Positions 17,809 through 27,666 of a DNA stretch of 64,000 nt are shown here, piece after piece (positions within the stretch are counted from its first letter, which is position 1; every line of letters begins with the position of its first letter). The DNA comes from Candidatus Omnitrophota bacterium (lineage in GTDB: Bacteria > Omnitrophota > Gorgyraeia > JABMRN01 > RBG-13-46-9). Position numbers and translations under genes: made by a program. The DNA lies in assembly GCA_013203315.1 (NCBI GenBank), contig JABMQJ010000020.1:6774-70773 (forward strand), in the 5' to 3' direction. A model generated the notes under the pieces. It did no database searches and was not told where the DNA came from. It worked only from the letters and a program-made list of their open reading frames with translations.

Positions 17809-18411
17809 TCACGCTGAAAGCGTCATCGTAAACTGAATTTGACACGCATAATTATTGTTAGCGTCTAGCTGGCTTGGGTTAATCGCAAAACTGAAACCGC
17901 AGAGGGTGCCCTGCTGCCATGTTTCAGCGCCCATATTATTTAAATCGTTGGCTCCTGCTGTAAAAATTCTCGCAGGTGATGTGGGAAGGGGCTGCCATCC
18001 TTCTATCAGTGCTCCGTTTGAAGACTGGCCATACCTCATGTTCCATGGTCGCCAAAAACCGTACTTTACCTGCTCTAGGAAAAAACCGCCCGGGCTTCCC
18101 TGAATCTTTAAATACCAGGTTTCACCAAGGTTGCTTTTGCATAATAGGCCTATGTCGTTGTTCCCGTCACCCTGAGAACGATTATCAGCCTGGACCCATG
18201 TTTTTGTAGGATCCATATTTGTAAAGGAAACCTGCGTGGTATATAGATATTTACTAGGTTCGCCCGTATAGAACTCCATCATAAAAATATTGCTAACATC
18301 AAAGCTACCTGCAGCTATTACGGTTCTTGTTTCAGCAAAAGAAGATTGGCCTACAAAGCTTGCGGCCGTTACAGTCAGTAAAAGAGTGGTTATTAAAAAT
18401 ATTTTTTTCAT
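17809..18411 (-). CDS. SCPU/Csu-pilin-like secreted subunit (paralog 5)
   Basis: Start moved to the Met at 18411 (RBS AAGGGGGG). Signal peptide 'MKKIFLITTLLLTVTAASFVGQSSFA'. C-terminal 'NNYACQIQFTMTLSA'. Confidence 0.45.
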   Translation of the reverse strand: MKKIFLITTLLLTVTAASFVGQSSFAETRTVIAAGSFDVSNIFMMEFYTGEPSKYLYTTQVSFTNMDPTKTWVQADNRSQGDGNNDIGLLCKSNLGETWYLKIQGSPGGFFLEQVKYGFWRPWNMRYGQSSNGALIEGWQPLPTSPARIFTAGANDLNNMGAETWQQGTLCGFSFAINPSQLDANNNYACQIQFTMTLSA

Positions 18412-18525
18412 ATTAGCCCCCCTTAGTATCGTTTTATATTCTAACAAAAAAAATGTGCAAAGTAAACAAAAAAAGCTGACTTTTTCATATCTAACTTATT
18501 TTTAATAACCCTTAGCCCTTTATCA

Positions 18526-19920
18526 TCACATCGCGCCTGAACCCGAAAACACAACGGGGATTGTTTTTAATAAAAGTTTAAGGTCCATCCATAAGGACCA
18601 GTTATCAATATATTCCAAATCTAATTCCATCCATTTATCAAAATCAAGCATGCTTCTGCCACTTACCTGCCAGATACATGTTATGCCGGGCTTCATGCTG
18701 AGCCTTCTACGCTGCCAGTCTTCGTATTTTTCGACTTCCTCCTGAATAGGGGGTCGCGGACCTACAACCGACATATCGCCTTTTAATACATTGATAAACT
18801 GGGGCAATTCATCTATGCTTGTCCTTCTCAAAAAACGGCCTATGGGGGTAAAGCGCGGGTCTTTTTTAATCTTAAAAATGGGTCCCCTCATTTCGTTTAA
18901 GGCCTCTAACCTATCTTTTATCTCCTCGGCTCCCACCACCATGCTTCTGAACTTTAACATAATAAATTTTCTTCCATTCAGCCCCGTTCTTTCCTGTTTA
19001 AAAAGAACGGGGCCCGGGGAAGTCCGTTTTATGACTACTGCCACCAATAAAAACAAGGGGCTTGACATAACCAATACGAGAAGAGAAAAGATTATATCAA
19101 ATAACCTTTTCAGGAAAAGCTCTTCCTGCCGAATAAATATTGTATTGAAACTTACAAGCGGAAAACCGCCTAGGCTTGCAAAGGTCCCTTTGGCAATTTT
19201 TAAATCATAAAGATCCATCGCAATGTGGGTTCTTATTCCTTCCAGTTCGCATTGAATAATACTTTTTTCTATTTTGCTCAGCCACGACCTCGGAACAATA
19301 TATACAACCTCATCAATAACCTCTGCATGTAGAATTTCGGTCATATCTTTCAAAAGACCCGTAACCTTTATCCCGCATACCTCCATATTAAGCCGGGCCG
19401 GATCGTTATCTATTATTTTCATCACCCTGAGCCCCCATTGCGGATGCTTGTTAATCAGATTGATAAATCTCTCTGCCCTTAGGCCGGTGCCTACTATCAA
19501 GATGCGCCTGTAATTATAGCCCTTTCGCCTTATATATCGGCTAACACCTATTATGGTTAACTTTTCAAATAATAATAAACAGATTGCGAGCGCCAAGAAC
19601 GCAATTAAAAACTCCCTTGTAAGATACGGAATTCTAAGAATATAAGCCGCGGAAATGAAGAATAGACTCGCCAAGAGGCTCCCTTTGACGACCAACCCCA
19701 TAGCGTCTATGATTCCTCTTATTCTGAAAGATTTATATAATCCTAAATAAATAAATATATTTATCCATACGGGAACGATAATAAAAAGTGGCCATAGATA
19801 TTGCTCTACTGCATAAGGCAGGGATTCTACATAACAGGCTACTATATAAGCGCCTGCTATAAATATACTGTCTGCCAGCATTATTATTTTTCTTAAAAAA
19901 TTTTCTCTTTCCTTTATCAT
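18526..19920 (-). CDS. undecaprenyl-phosphate sugar phosphotransferase (WbaP/WcaJ-like priming glycosyltransferase)
   Basis: 464 aa, N-terminal TM helices. C-terminal bacterial sugar transferase domain ('DELPQFINVLKGDMSVVGPRP', 'KPGITCIWQVSGRS'). Confidence 0.7.
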   Translation of the reverse strand: MIKERENFLRKIIMLADSIFIAGAYIVACYVESLPYAVEQYLWPLFIIVPVWINIFIYLGLYKSFRIRGIIDAMGLVVKGSLLASLFFISAAYILRIPYLTREFLIAFLALAICLLLFEKLTIIGVSRYIRRKGYNYRRILIVGTGLRAERFINLINKHPQWGLRVMKIIDNDPARLNMEVCGIKVTGLLKDMTEILHAEVIDEVVYIVPRSWLSKIEKSIIQCELEGIRTHIAMDLYDLKIAKGTFASLGGFPLVSFNTIFIRQEELFLKRLFDIIFSLLVLVMSSPLFLLVAVVIKRTSPGPVLFKQERTGLNGRKFIMLKFRSMVVGAEEIKDRLEALNEMRGPIFKIKKDPRFTPIGRFLRRTSIDELPQFINVLKGDMSVVGPRPPIQEEVEKYEDWQRRRLSMKPGITCIWQVSGRSMLDFDKWMELDLEYIDNWSLWMDLKLLLKTIPVVFSGSGAM

Positions 19921-20077
19921 AACCGGCCCTTTTGTAATAGAACCCGCTCAATTACGCAGATTGTTCTCACATAATCATATAATAGCATAATCTCTATCAT
20001 AAATGGTAACGTAACCTTAATAATACGATGAAAGTTATGTAACAAAATGTAGCAGATGAGAGGACATTTTTCACTGT

Positions 20078-22357
20078 TTACTGAACCCCGCTGATTCTAA
20101 GGGCTACATCTTTCTCAAACGACGGAACCTTTATTGCCATTCCCTTGCCTGATGAAACAGCTTTTTCTCGATACAAGGGCCTCGCCTTCCATGTATCCCA
20201 CCATTCTATGCTATATTCCCCATTGGGTAAATCAAGAACTTCTAATGTTGCCCCTTTTACCTCTTGTGGTTTAATTCCTTTATAACTATTGTACCAATTA
20301 CTCTCTTTATTTTGTATCCAGAATATTGCCTCTTTCCCGCACTGCAATCCCAACACGCGGATATCCATGGATGAGCCTTTTTTATAATTTGTGAGCACAA
20401 CCTTTTTAATAGAAAGCCAATCTTTTCCGACATTCTCCAAGCGTATGATATGCTCACCTTGAGGAATGTTAATTTTACAGTCCTCCATGTAGTCATACTG
20501 ATATATCCCCCACTCATCCCGGTATCTCCTTCGCTTCCAATTCCCCTTACCCTCGGGAGTCTCCCCGGGGAATTCTCTGCTAAACATTTTTTGGCCATCC
20601 ACATATACGTTGAGCACTGCACGCACAGAAACTTGATCTACTGTGATAATAAATTCTCCTTTGCGGGGGTAATTAACTCTGAAAACAGGACATACGCGTA
20701 TATCCTGTTTATCCATACCATGAAGATACATATTTAATTTACCGCCTTTTAAGGTTCCGTTGTTTAATGCTTCGATTTCTCTATCATCTTCATTACCCCA
20801 ATCGTCCGCTACAGGTATAGATACATCGCGATTACCTATTGCTCCTTGGTGTACATTGTCTTCGGGGTATACGTGAAATTTGGCTCTACCCCAACCATTT
20901 CTGGGTAAATTTAAATTCTTAACAAATAAAGAAAATGTCTTGTAGTGCTCGTATAAATTTTTTTGATTAATATAATCATCCCACCACCAATTCATCGCAC
21001 CGCCAAGGGCTTGAGAAAAAAGACCCGCCCATAGGCAGTTATGAATATGAATTCCGTTTCCTACGGTATCGTAGAATTTATCGCTTTTCGTACTATCTAT
21101 GCCGTATTCGCCTATCAAAGATGGTTTACGATACTTCGTTACATACTGCATTGTTTTATAATTGATAGTATCAACCAGATCACAAAAGGCCCCTCTGCGT
21201 CCATAAATGTGGACCTGCGAGAAATCTATAGAGGGTAATTTCCAGATTTCATCTTCGTTAAAACCATTGAACTCGAGCATCCCTATGCTTGTTGTCACAA
21301 GATGGCCATGAGGATCGATATCCTTTATATACTCTGACATTTCTTTAACCCAAAACACGGGGGCATTTGTTTCATTCCATAATTCAAAAGCGAGTAAGTT
21401 TTTATAGGCTCCCCACCGGGCGACAATATAACGTAATCGTTTTTTATAATACTCTTGCGCGTTTTCATTTGTCCAAAATTCTGCGGGGCTTACACAGGGT
21501 CCGCCATTAGACGCATTATATGGATTGCGACCCCATTCCGGGACGCCCCAAAATATTTTATGTGCGGCTAACTCTTTGTAATTTCCCAGAACCAGGATAA
21601 CATATAACCCCTTTTTGTCTGCCTCCTTCAAAATATGATCGAGGCGCCATGCGTTCCGGAGATTATAGCGCCCCAATCCGGAGAAACCCTCCTTTGAAAC
21701 ATTATTTTTAGCCCATTCCAGAGCCAAATTCCAGGAAACCATCCAAATGCGAACAATATTACACCCATTATCAGATAATTTTTCAAAATAAGAATCGTAT
21801 GCGTATGTCTGCTTACGATCTGTCCAGCCTACATTCTCTCCTATGCCAAAGTAGATTTCACCGGAATCAAAAAACAAATAAGGTGTAGAGCTAGCTCGCA
21901 GAAATCCTGGCTTAATAGATTTCGTAACATTAAAAGTTTCTTCTTTGGTTCTCAATTTTCTCTTTCCGAATTGTGCTGTTAGAAAAACACGATAAATTCC
22001 TATCTCTCTTGGCGTAAAGCGTACCTTCCACTGAGGAGAACCTACTGCTTCCAATATCTCACGGCCTTCTGATAAATCTCTTGAAAACCCCTGGTAATAG
22101 AATGCAGGTATAATTAATTCATTCTGGTTCGGTGAGATAAAATGGGCTTTTATATCGACCTGGTTAGGATCAAAGGGGTTATCAAAAACACCTTTCGTAT
22201 CTATATCAAGCTCCAAGATATCAAATTGCTTAACCGGATGTTCTATTTTAACAAATGAAATATGAGGACCATCTTTCGCAATGACTGCACAGGACGCGAA
22301 AATAATCAATAAAATAAGAATCGGTTTTACTAGCATTTTTAGCTGTCCATATTTCAT
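20078..22357 (-). CDS. secreted glycoside hydrolase, GH5-family TIM barrel with N-terminal Ig-like (DUF5060-like) domain
   Basis: 759 aa with signal peptide. 'AFELWNETN' (clan GH-A catalytic acid/base NE motif) and a second Glu in 'LIGEYGID'. Confidence 0.5.
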   Translation of the reverse strand: MKYGQLKMLVKPILILLIIFASCAVIAKDGPHISFVKIEHPVKQFDILELDIDTKGVFDNPFDPNQVDIKAHFISPNQNELIIPAFYYQGFSRDLSEGREILEAVGSPQWKVRFTPREIGIYRVFLTAQFGKRKLRTKEETFNVTKSIKPGFLRASSTPYLFFDSGEIYFGIGENVGWTDRKQTYAYDSYFEKLSDNGCNIVRIWMVSWNLALEWAKNNVSKEGFSGLGRYNLRNAWRLDHILKEADKKGLYVILVLGNYKELAAHKIFWGVPEWGRNPYNASNGGPCVSPAEFWTNENAQEYYKKRLRYIVARWGAYKNLLAFELWNETNAPVFWVKEMSEYIKDIDPHGHLVTTSIGMLEFNGFNEDEIWKLPSIDFSQVHIYGRRGAFCDLVDTINYKTMQYVTKYRKPSLIGEYGIDSTKSDKFYDTVGNGIHIHNCLWAGLFSQALGGAMNWWWDDYINQKNLYEHYKTFSLFVKNLNLPRNGWGRAKFHVYPEDNVHQGAIGNRDVSIPVADDWGNEDDREIEALNNGTLKGGKLNMYLHGMDKQDIRVCPVFRVNYPRKGEFIITVDQVSVRAVLNVYVDGQKMFSREFPGETPEGKGNWKRRRYRDEWGIYQYDYMEDCKINIPQGEHIIRLENVGKDWLSIKKVVLTNYKKGSSMDIRVLGLQCGKEAIFWIQNKESNWYNSYKGIKPQEVKGATLEVLDLPNGEYSIEWWDTWKARPLYREKAVSSGKGMAIKVPSFEKDVALRISGVQ

Positions 22358-23142
22358 TGCTTTCTCCCCTTATTGTCTTTTTTTAGTTTTTCTAATAGAA
22401 GGTAATAAAAAAATATAATTGCGTCTTTTAAGTATCTTTTCCAAAGCCTATACGGTTCCATCATCACCCGCCAGAACCATTCCAAACCTATTTTCTGCAT
22501 CCACTCTGGCGCTCTCTTTATATTACCTGAAAGAAAGTCAAAGGATGCCCCAACCGCCATTAATACAGAAACGCCGAGTTCATCTTTATGCTTCCAGATC
22601 CATTTCTCCTGTTTGGGTGCTCCTAAGCCTACAAATAAAAATTCCGGTTTTTTCTCCTTTATCACTTTTACTATCTTTTGGTTTTCCCTCTCATCCTTCT
22701 CAAACCCGAAAGGAGGTGAGTGTGTTCCAACAATTTCTAATTCGGGATACTTCATTTTTAAAATATTACCCGCTTTCTCGGCCACCCCCGGTTTAGCCCC
22801 TAAGAAAAATATTTTATACTTATTCAGAGCAGCGGTCCTGCATAAAGCAGGGAATAAATCTGAGCCCGAGATTTTTGATTTCAGAGGTTTCCCCAGAAAT
22901 TTCGCGGCCCATAGTATCGGCACTCCATCGGGTAGAAGAAAAGAGGCCCTATCTAGAATCGAAAAGAATTCAGTATCCCTTTTTGCCCTTACTAAGACAT
23001 TAACAGGCACGGGGAATATGGTAATATTCCTGCTTGTCCGAACTGAATCTGTGATTACATCCACAAATCTGCCGAAATTGACAGAGACAAATTTCAGGTT
23101 AAAAATCTTCTCGAAATTTATAATGTTAATATCTTTTTGCAT
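22354..23142 (-). CDS. WecB/TagA/CpsF-family glycosyltransferase
   Basis: 262 aa. 'FLGAKPGVAEKAG...GLGAPKQEKWIWKHKDELGVSVLMAVGASFDFLSG' is the family signature. Confidence 0.6.
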   Translation of the reverse strand: MQKDINIINFEKIFNLKFVSVNFGRFVDVITDSVRTSRNITIFPVPVNVLVRAKRDTEFFSILDRASFLLPDGVPILWAAKFLGKPLKSKISGSDLFPALCRTAALNKYKIFFLGAKPGVAEKAGNILKMKYPELEIVGTHSPPFGFEKDERENQKIVKVIKEKKPEFLFVGLGAPKQEKWIWKHKDELGVSVLMAVGASFDFLSGNIKRAPEWMQKIGLEWFWRVMMEPYRLWKRYLKDAIIFFYYLLLEKLKKDNKGRKQ

Positions 23143-24200
23143 TTTCCTAATACCTTGTCAACATTTATCAATTCCATACATTTTTTTCCTTTAAATCTCA
23201 AATTACAGCTTGACTTATAACAAGCCAAGCAAGGTACGGATGGCTCTATTATTTTACCTAAACCATATAATTCGAATTCATTCCTGTTAAATGCGTTATT
23301 AAAAAGCAAGACCTTTTTCTTCAAAGCAATGGCAATATGCAATGTCATAGTAACACAGGTAATAACTAAATCTGTTTGATTTACGAGGTCTGTAAATTGT
23401 TCTAAAGGAAAATATCCTATATATCGCCCCCCACTTTTTCGAGCTATTTCTTTATTTTTTTTGTGTTCTTTTCGGCCGCCTAAAATTAGAACACCATATC
23501 CGGCTTTCCTTAACTTTCTTACCAATTCCACCCATCTTGCTTTCGGATATTCTCTGACTTTCCACTGTTCTCCATATCCGGTATTTAAGCCGATTAACGG
23601 ATGAATAAATACCGGCCACTTAGTATGTTTTTCTATTTCTAAAATATATTTTTCTCCGCTAAAATCAAAACCGCAGAGCTCAAAAATCTCTTGAGGGTAA
23701 CTTTTTTTGTTCTTTTTATTTATATCGTCCCAGATTCCTGTCTTCCATTTGCTAAAAGCATTCTTGTCTATAGGGGCGCATTTACCATCTTTGAGTTCAA
23801 ATCCCTTTTTTACTTTGGCCTTTATTAATTCCGCGAGAGAACAGGCCTCTTTATCTTTATCTAGATTAAATAGAAAATCGAACTTTTGGGCGAAAAGCCA
23901 CAAAATATTCTGTAGATTAAAATCCAAAATGTTATCGACCAGAGAAGGGACAAGTTTCGGAAAACATGTAAGCCAGGATATCTCAGAATGAGGAAATTTT
24001 TCCTTAATCTTCCTTAAGATGGGGGTCGTTCTTATTATGTCTCCTGCTGCCTTTAATTTAATTATCAAAATTCTTTCTGCTACTTTATCGTAATATTTGC
24101 AATCCTCGCATTTAACTCCAAATTTCTTGTGGTACAAGCATGGAATGCCTCCCCTAAAAAACCTGCAGTCTGTTTTCACGGTCTTTGTTATATTAGCCAT
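23118..24200 (-). CDS. GT9-family (heptosyltransferase-like) glycosyltransferase with Cys-rich N-terminal extension
   Basis: 360 aa. 'ILIIKLKAAGDIIRTTPILRKIKEKFP' matches the GT9 N-terminal motif. Preceded by 'CRFFRGGIPCLYHKKFGVKCEDCKYY' (4 Cys, zinc-ribbon-like). Confidence 0.5.
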   Translation of the reverse strand: MANITKTVKTDCRFFRGGIPCLYHKKFGVKCEDCKYYDKVAERILIIKLKAAGDIIRTTPILRKIKEKFPHSEISWLTCFPKLVPSLVDNILDFNLQNILWLFAQKFDFLFNLDKDKEACSLAELIKAKVKKGFELKDGKCAPIDKNAFSKWKTGIWDDINKKNKKSYPQEIFELCGFDFSGEKYILEIEKHTKWPVFIHPLIGLNTGYGEQWKVREYPKARWVELVRKLRKAGYGVLILGGRKEHKKNKEIARKSGGRYIGYFPLEQFTDLVNQTDLVITCVTMTLHIAIALKKKVLLFNNAFNRNEFELYGLGKIIEPSVPCLACYKSSCNLRFKGKKCMELINVDKVLGKCKKILTL

Positions 24201-24204
24201 AGAT

Positions 24205-25185
24205 CTATACTCCTTCTAGCATTTGTAGTAATATGGAAAATTTTTGACGCCAATTGTCTCTGGCCTCTTTTTGCAGCATAGCCATCTCCTCTTCTAAACG
24301 AGAAGTATTATTCTTGAGACGCATTATGCCTTTAATTATATCTTCTGACGTATTGCGCACATGGACGGTGCCTTTATTAAAAAAGCGGCGTATCACACCC
24401 CAATCAGAAGCGATAAGAGGCTTACCTACCGAAACAGCTTCATACATGCCCGCACACAGCGTATTATCGACGGTACATAAAACCATTATTGCATCGGCGG
24501 CTCGCAATAAAGAAAAGTATGGCCGGGGTTCGTCCATGTAACCGGTAAATGTTACGTTAGGAGGGGGGTTCTTTAAAATATCTTTTTTTGCATATATCGT
24601 ATTTCCGGTAATATAAAAATTGACGTTCTGTAAACGCTGAGCCGCTAAAAGGATTTCCTCTATCGGTTCGTCGAAAGAGAAGGTATTTATTACAGTGACG
24701 CTAAATCCGTCTTTCAATTTTATAGATTGCGTAGGAGGAAAATCCGGTATACAATCTTCTAATACAAAGCTCCGAGCGCCCCACCTTTTCAACATGTTAC
24801 ATAACTCATCATTTGTGGCTATATTAAGAAATGCTTTTCTTGCTAAAAACTTAAATAGAAAATTAAACCACTTCCACTTTGGATCTAAAAAAGCGCCGGT
24901 TGCAGAATCGATTATAAAATGCGTTCCTGATATTCTGGTATATACAAAGGCGATTAAAGGCAGGAAAACCGGCGGATTTTCAACGATGACGAAATCCGGA
25001 CGTTCACGTTGTAAGACCCAGAAAGTTTTTAGTGCTTGAAAAATATATTTTATGGGGGCAATAAGTGGAAATTTAAATTTAAAAAAATGAATTAGATAAA
25101 GAGGGGCCTGAATCTGGCAGGCGAAAGTCTGGCTTCGTCTGCTTAAAGGTTGCCATCCTATAATAATAATTTTTTTAGGTTTCAT
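24205..25185 (-). CDS. glycosyltransferase (GT-B fold, group-1-like)
   Basis: 326 aa. C-terminal GT-B nucleotide-sugar-binding-like region ('GMYEAVSVGKPLIASDWGVIRRF'). Sits inside a polysaccharide operon. Confidence 0.4.
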   Translation of the reverse strand: MKPKKIIIIGWQPLSRRSQTFACQIQAPLYLIHFFKFKFPLIAPIKYIFQALKTFWVLQRERPDFVIVENPPVFLPLIAFVYTRISGTHFIIDSATGAFLDPKWKWFNFLFKFLARKAFLNIATNDELCNMLKRWGARSFVLEDCIPDFPPTQSIKLKDGFSVTVINTFSFDEPIEEILLAAQRLQNVNFYITGNTIYAKKDILKNPPPNVTFTGYMDEPRPYFSLLRAADAIMVLCTVDNTLCAGMYEAVSVGKPLIASDWGVIRRFFNKGTVHVRNTSEDIIKGIMRLKNNTSRLEEEMAMLQKEARDNWRQKFSILLQMLEGV

Positions 25186-25190
25186 AAAAA

Positions 25191-26210
25191 TTACACGGGT
25201 ATTTTATAACAACCTAAGCATTTACACCCTTCCAGGGATTCTTCGATATTTTTGTCCCTCTTAATAGATAACTGCCTTAGGTTTTTCATCGTTTTGTTAT
25301 TCCATTCACTTAGAATTGAATTTTCAATAATATTGCCAAAAGAAAACGGACTTACCAATCCGCTCGTGCAACACGCTTTCAATTCACCTGTCCATGCCAC
25401 ATTTAAAACATACCAGAGCCAATAACATGGTTTCCCTTTTGGCAATTTATCCCTCAACATTGTTCTCATGCTTTGCAAATTATCTTCTCGCGATTCTTTA
25501 ACTAATAGCCGGTCAACGCCTAATTTTTCAGAAAGTTTTTTGATTTGTTCCAGCTCGTGAATACTTTCTTCAAAAATGATAAACTGGCTTTCTATGAAAG
25601 GTGTCTTACTTTTAAGTGATTTCTTAAGCTTTACTATTTCCTTGATGCTAGAGAGTACCGTTTCAAATCGAGCTCCTACCCTTACCTTTTCATAGGTCTC
25701 TTTGGTGGCCCCGTCAAGAGAAATGATCAAATAATCTAAGCCTGCGTCAATAACCTTTTTAAAATCGTCCGGTTTAAAGGTTGTGAAATTTGTACTTATC
25801 GCACTAATGATATTATTTTTGGTCGCGTATTCTATCATGGAAAAGATATCGGAGTTAAGGAAGGATTCGCCTAAACCGTCGAGCCGAACTAAAATAAGGT
25901 AGTCTTTCAATTGATCTATTACCTTTTTGTAATTAGCAAATGAAAGGTACCCTTTAGGTATAGGGTTTTTACCGGAACCTGTATAGCAAATCGGACATCT
26001 TAAATTACAGAGGTTGGTCGGTTCGAAGTGTAGGACAAAAGGCGTCGATTTTAACGTAACTTTTTTTATGCGTCGTTCTAATTCCGCGTGTAACGTATTA
26101 AAAACCTTTTTTAATCCAATCCTTTTCGGAGAATTTACGATAGGAGCTAGATAACGCGTGAATGTTTGGCCGAGTGCGAAAGCAGTATTGGTTAATGATA
26201 AATATTGCAT
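25191..26210 (-). CDS. radical SAM / SPASM-domain enzyme
   Basis: 339 aa. 'CNLRCPICY' CxxxCxxC cluster. C-terminal extra cysteines ('KACCTSG...CKCLGC'). Confidence 0.6.
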   Translation of the reverse strand: MQYLSLTNTAFALGQTFTRYLAPIVNSPKRIGLKKVFNTLHAELERRIKKVTLKSTPFVLHFEPTNLCNLRCPICYTGSGKNPIPKGYLSFANYKKVIDQLKDYLILVRLDGLGESFLNSDIFSMIEYATKNNIISAISTNFTTFKPDDFKKVIDAGLDYLIISLDGATKETYEKVRVGARFETVLSSIKEIVKLKKSLKSKTPFIESQFIIFEESIHELEQIKKLSEKLGVDRLLVKESREDNLQSMRTMLRDKLPKGKPCYWLWYVLNVAWTGELKACCTSGLVSPFSFGNIIENSILSEWNNKTMKNLRQLSIKRDKNIEESLEGCKCLGCYKIPV

Positions 26211-26232
26211 CTTTTTCCTTTTTAATTTTCGT

Positions 26233-27648
26233 TTAGTCCAATGGTATATTTCGCCACAAATCGCATTTTTCTAATATCAATTCACGAATATTCTTATTTT
26301 TGAGTCGGCACGTTAATCTTATAGAATAATATTTCAGCCTTTCAATTATAATACGCAGTAAAGAACGTCTGAATATATTCGATCTCACTGTACTCCAAAA
26401 TGCTGCTTTGCGAAATAACCTGTAGGCTTCAATTCGCTCTTTTTTCGAGAACTCCTTCGTTTCAAAAGCGGGTTCGATCTTGTCTTCCTGTAAGGTGGGG
26501 GGAAAATACATCGCGTCTTTATTAAGGTTGATTCCCTGTTCTTCCGCCCATTTCCATAGTTCTGTTTTTGGATAAGGCACTACTGAATTCACATAAATAG
26601 CGTTCAATTTCAATGATTTCATGAACTCTATGCTTCTTTTTACCGAATCTGTCGTGTCATTAATATTCCCTACCATAAAGCAACCTGTAACATAAAAGCC
26701 TTTCTTTTTCGCCAGCCTTGCTGCATAAGCAATCTTTTCAAGCGACTCGCCCTTTTGCATGCTCCTCAGCACTTTTTCGTCCCCGCTTTCAATGCCAAAA
26801 CCTATAGCCCTACAACCAGCGGATAGCATCGCAGAAAGTATTTCGTCCGTTACTAAATCGGCTCTCACCCCCTGGGTGGCCGTCCATTTAATCTGAAGGT
26901 TCCTTTTTCGAATCTCGTCGCATAGTTTTAGTATTCTGTTCCTATCAACTAAAAGATTGTCTCCATCGATATAAAATTTTTTAAACCCGAATTTCTTCAT
27001 ATCCCATTGTATCTCAGCGATTATGCTTTCCCAGGATCTTGGCCGCCAAAGACGACCCTGGATATCTTTAACGCAGCAAAAATTGCACCGATAGGGACAT
27101 CCCCTTGAATCAGCGATTGGTAAAAAATTGTATTTTTTAACCTCCAATAAATCCCACGCCGGAAACGGCAATTCATCTAAATTATGGTTAAATTCTCTAG
27201 GTTGATTTTTCCTTACTTCACCGCCTTCCCGATAGATGAGGCCTTTTACGGACTCTAAACCTGTTTTTCTTTTGAGGGCGTTGCAAAGTTCCTGGACGGT
27301 TTTTTCGCCTTCCCCGAAAATTTCAAAATCTATCTCGCGATAGATTTTTAAAACCTCTTCTTGCATAATGCAGGCGTGCGGTCCTCCGATCAGTATTTTC
27401 GCCGGTGTTATCCTCTTTATTTTTCTAATAAAATCTATAACCATAGGCTCTGAAAAGGACATCATCGGCAGCCCTACTATATCAGGATTAAACTGTTTTA
27501 TTTTATCAATACACGCATGGTCGATATTAGTATCCACAATGGATACGCACTCCCCGGCTGACCGAAGGCTTGAAGCCAAATATGTCAGATTTATCGGCGG
27601 ATAGCGAATAGGATCAAAATATATCGGATTCAATAATAAAATATTCAT
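26233..27648 (-). CDS. B12-binding-domain radical SAM enzyme (class B)
   Basis: 471 aa. N-terminal cobalamin-binding Rossmann-like domain, then 'ADSRGCPYRCNFCC' radical-SAM cluster. Confidence 0.65.
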   Translation of the reverse strand: MNILLLNPIYFDPIRYPPINLTYLASSLRSAGECVSIVDTNIDHACIDKIKQFNPDIVGLPMMSFSEPMVIDFIRKIKRITPAKILIGGPHACIMQEEVLKIYREIDFEIFGEGEKTVQELCNALKRKTGLESVKGLIYREGGEVRKNQPREFNHNLDELPFPAWDLLEVKKYNFLPIADSRGCPYRCNFCCVKDIQGRLWRPRSWESIIAEIQWDMKKFGFKKFYIDGDNLLVDRNRILKLCDEIRKRNLQIKWTATQGVRADLVTDEILSAMLSAGCRAIGFGIESGDEKVLRSMQKGESLEKIAYAARLAKKKGFYVTGCFMVGNINDTTDSVKRSIEFMKSLKLNAIYVNSVVPYPKTELWKWAEEQGINLNKDAMYFPPTLQEDKIEPAFETKEFSKKERIEAYRLFRKAAFWSTVRSNIFRRSLLRIIIERLKYYSIRLTCRLKNKNIRELILEKCDLWRNIPLD

Positions 27649-27666
27649 TGTAGGGAAACGGTTGTG

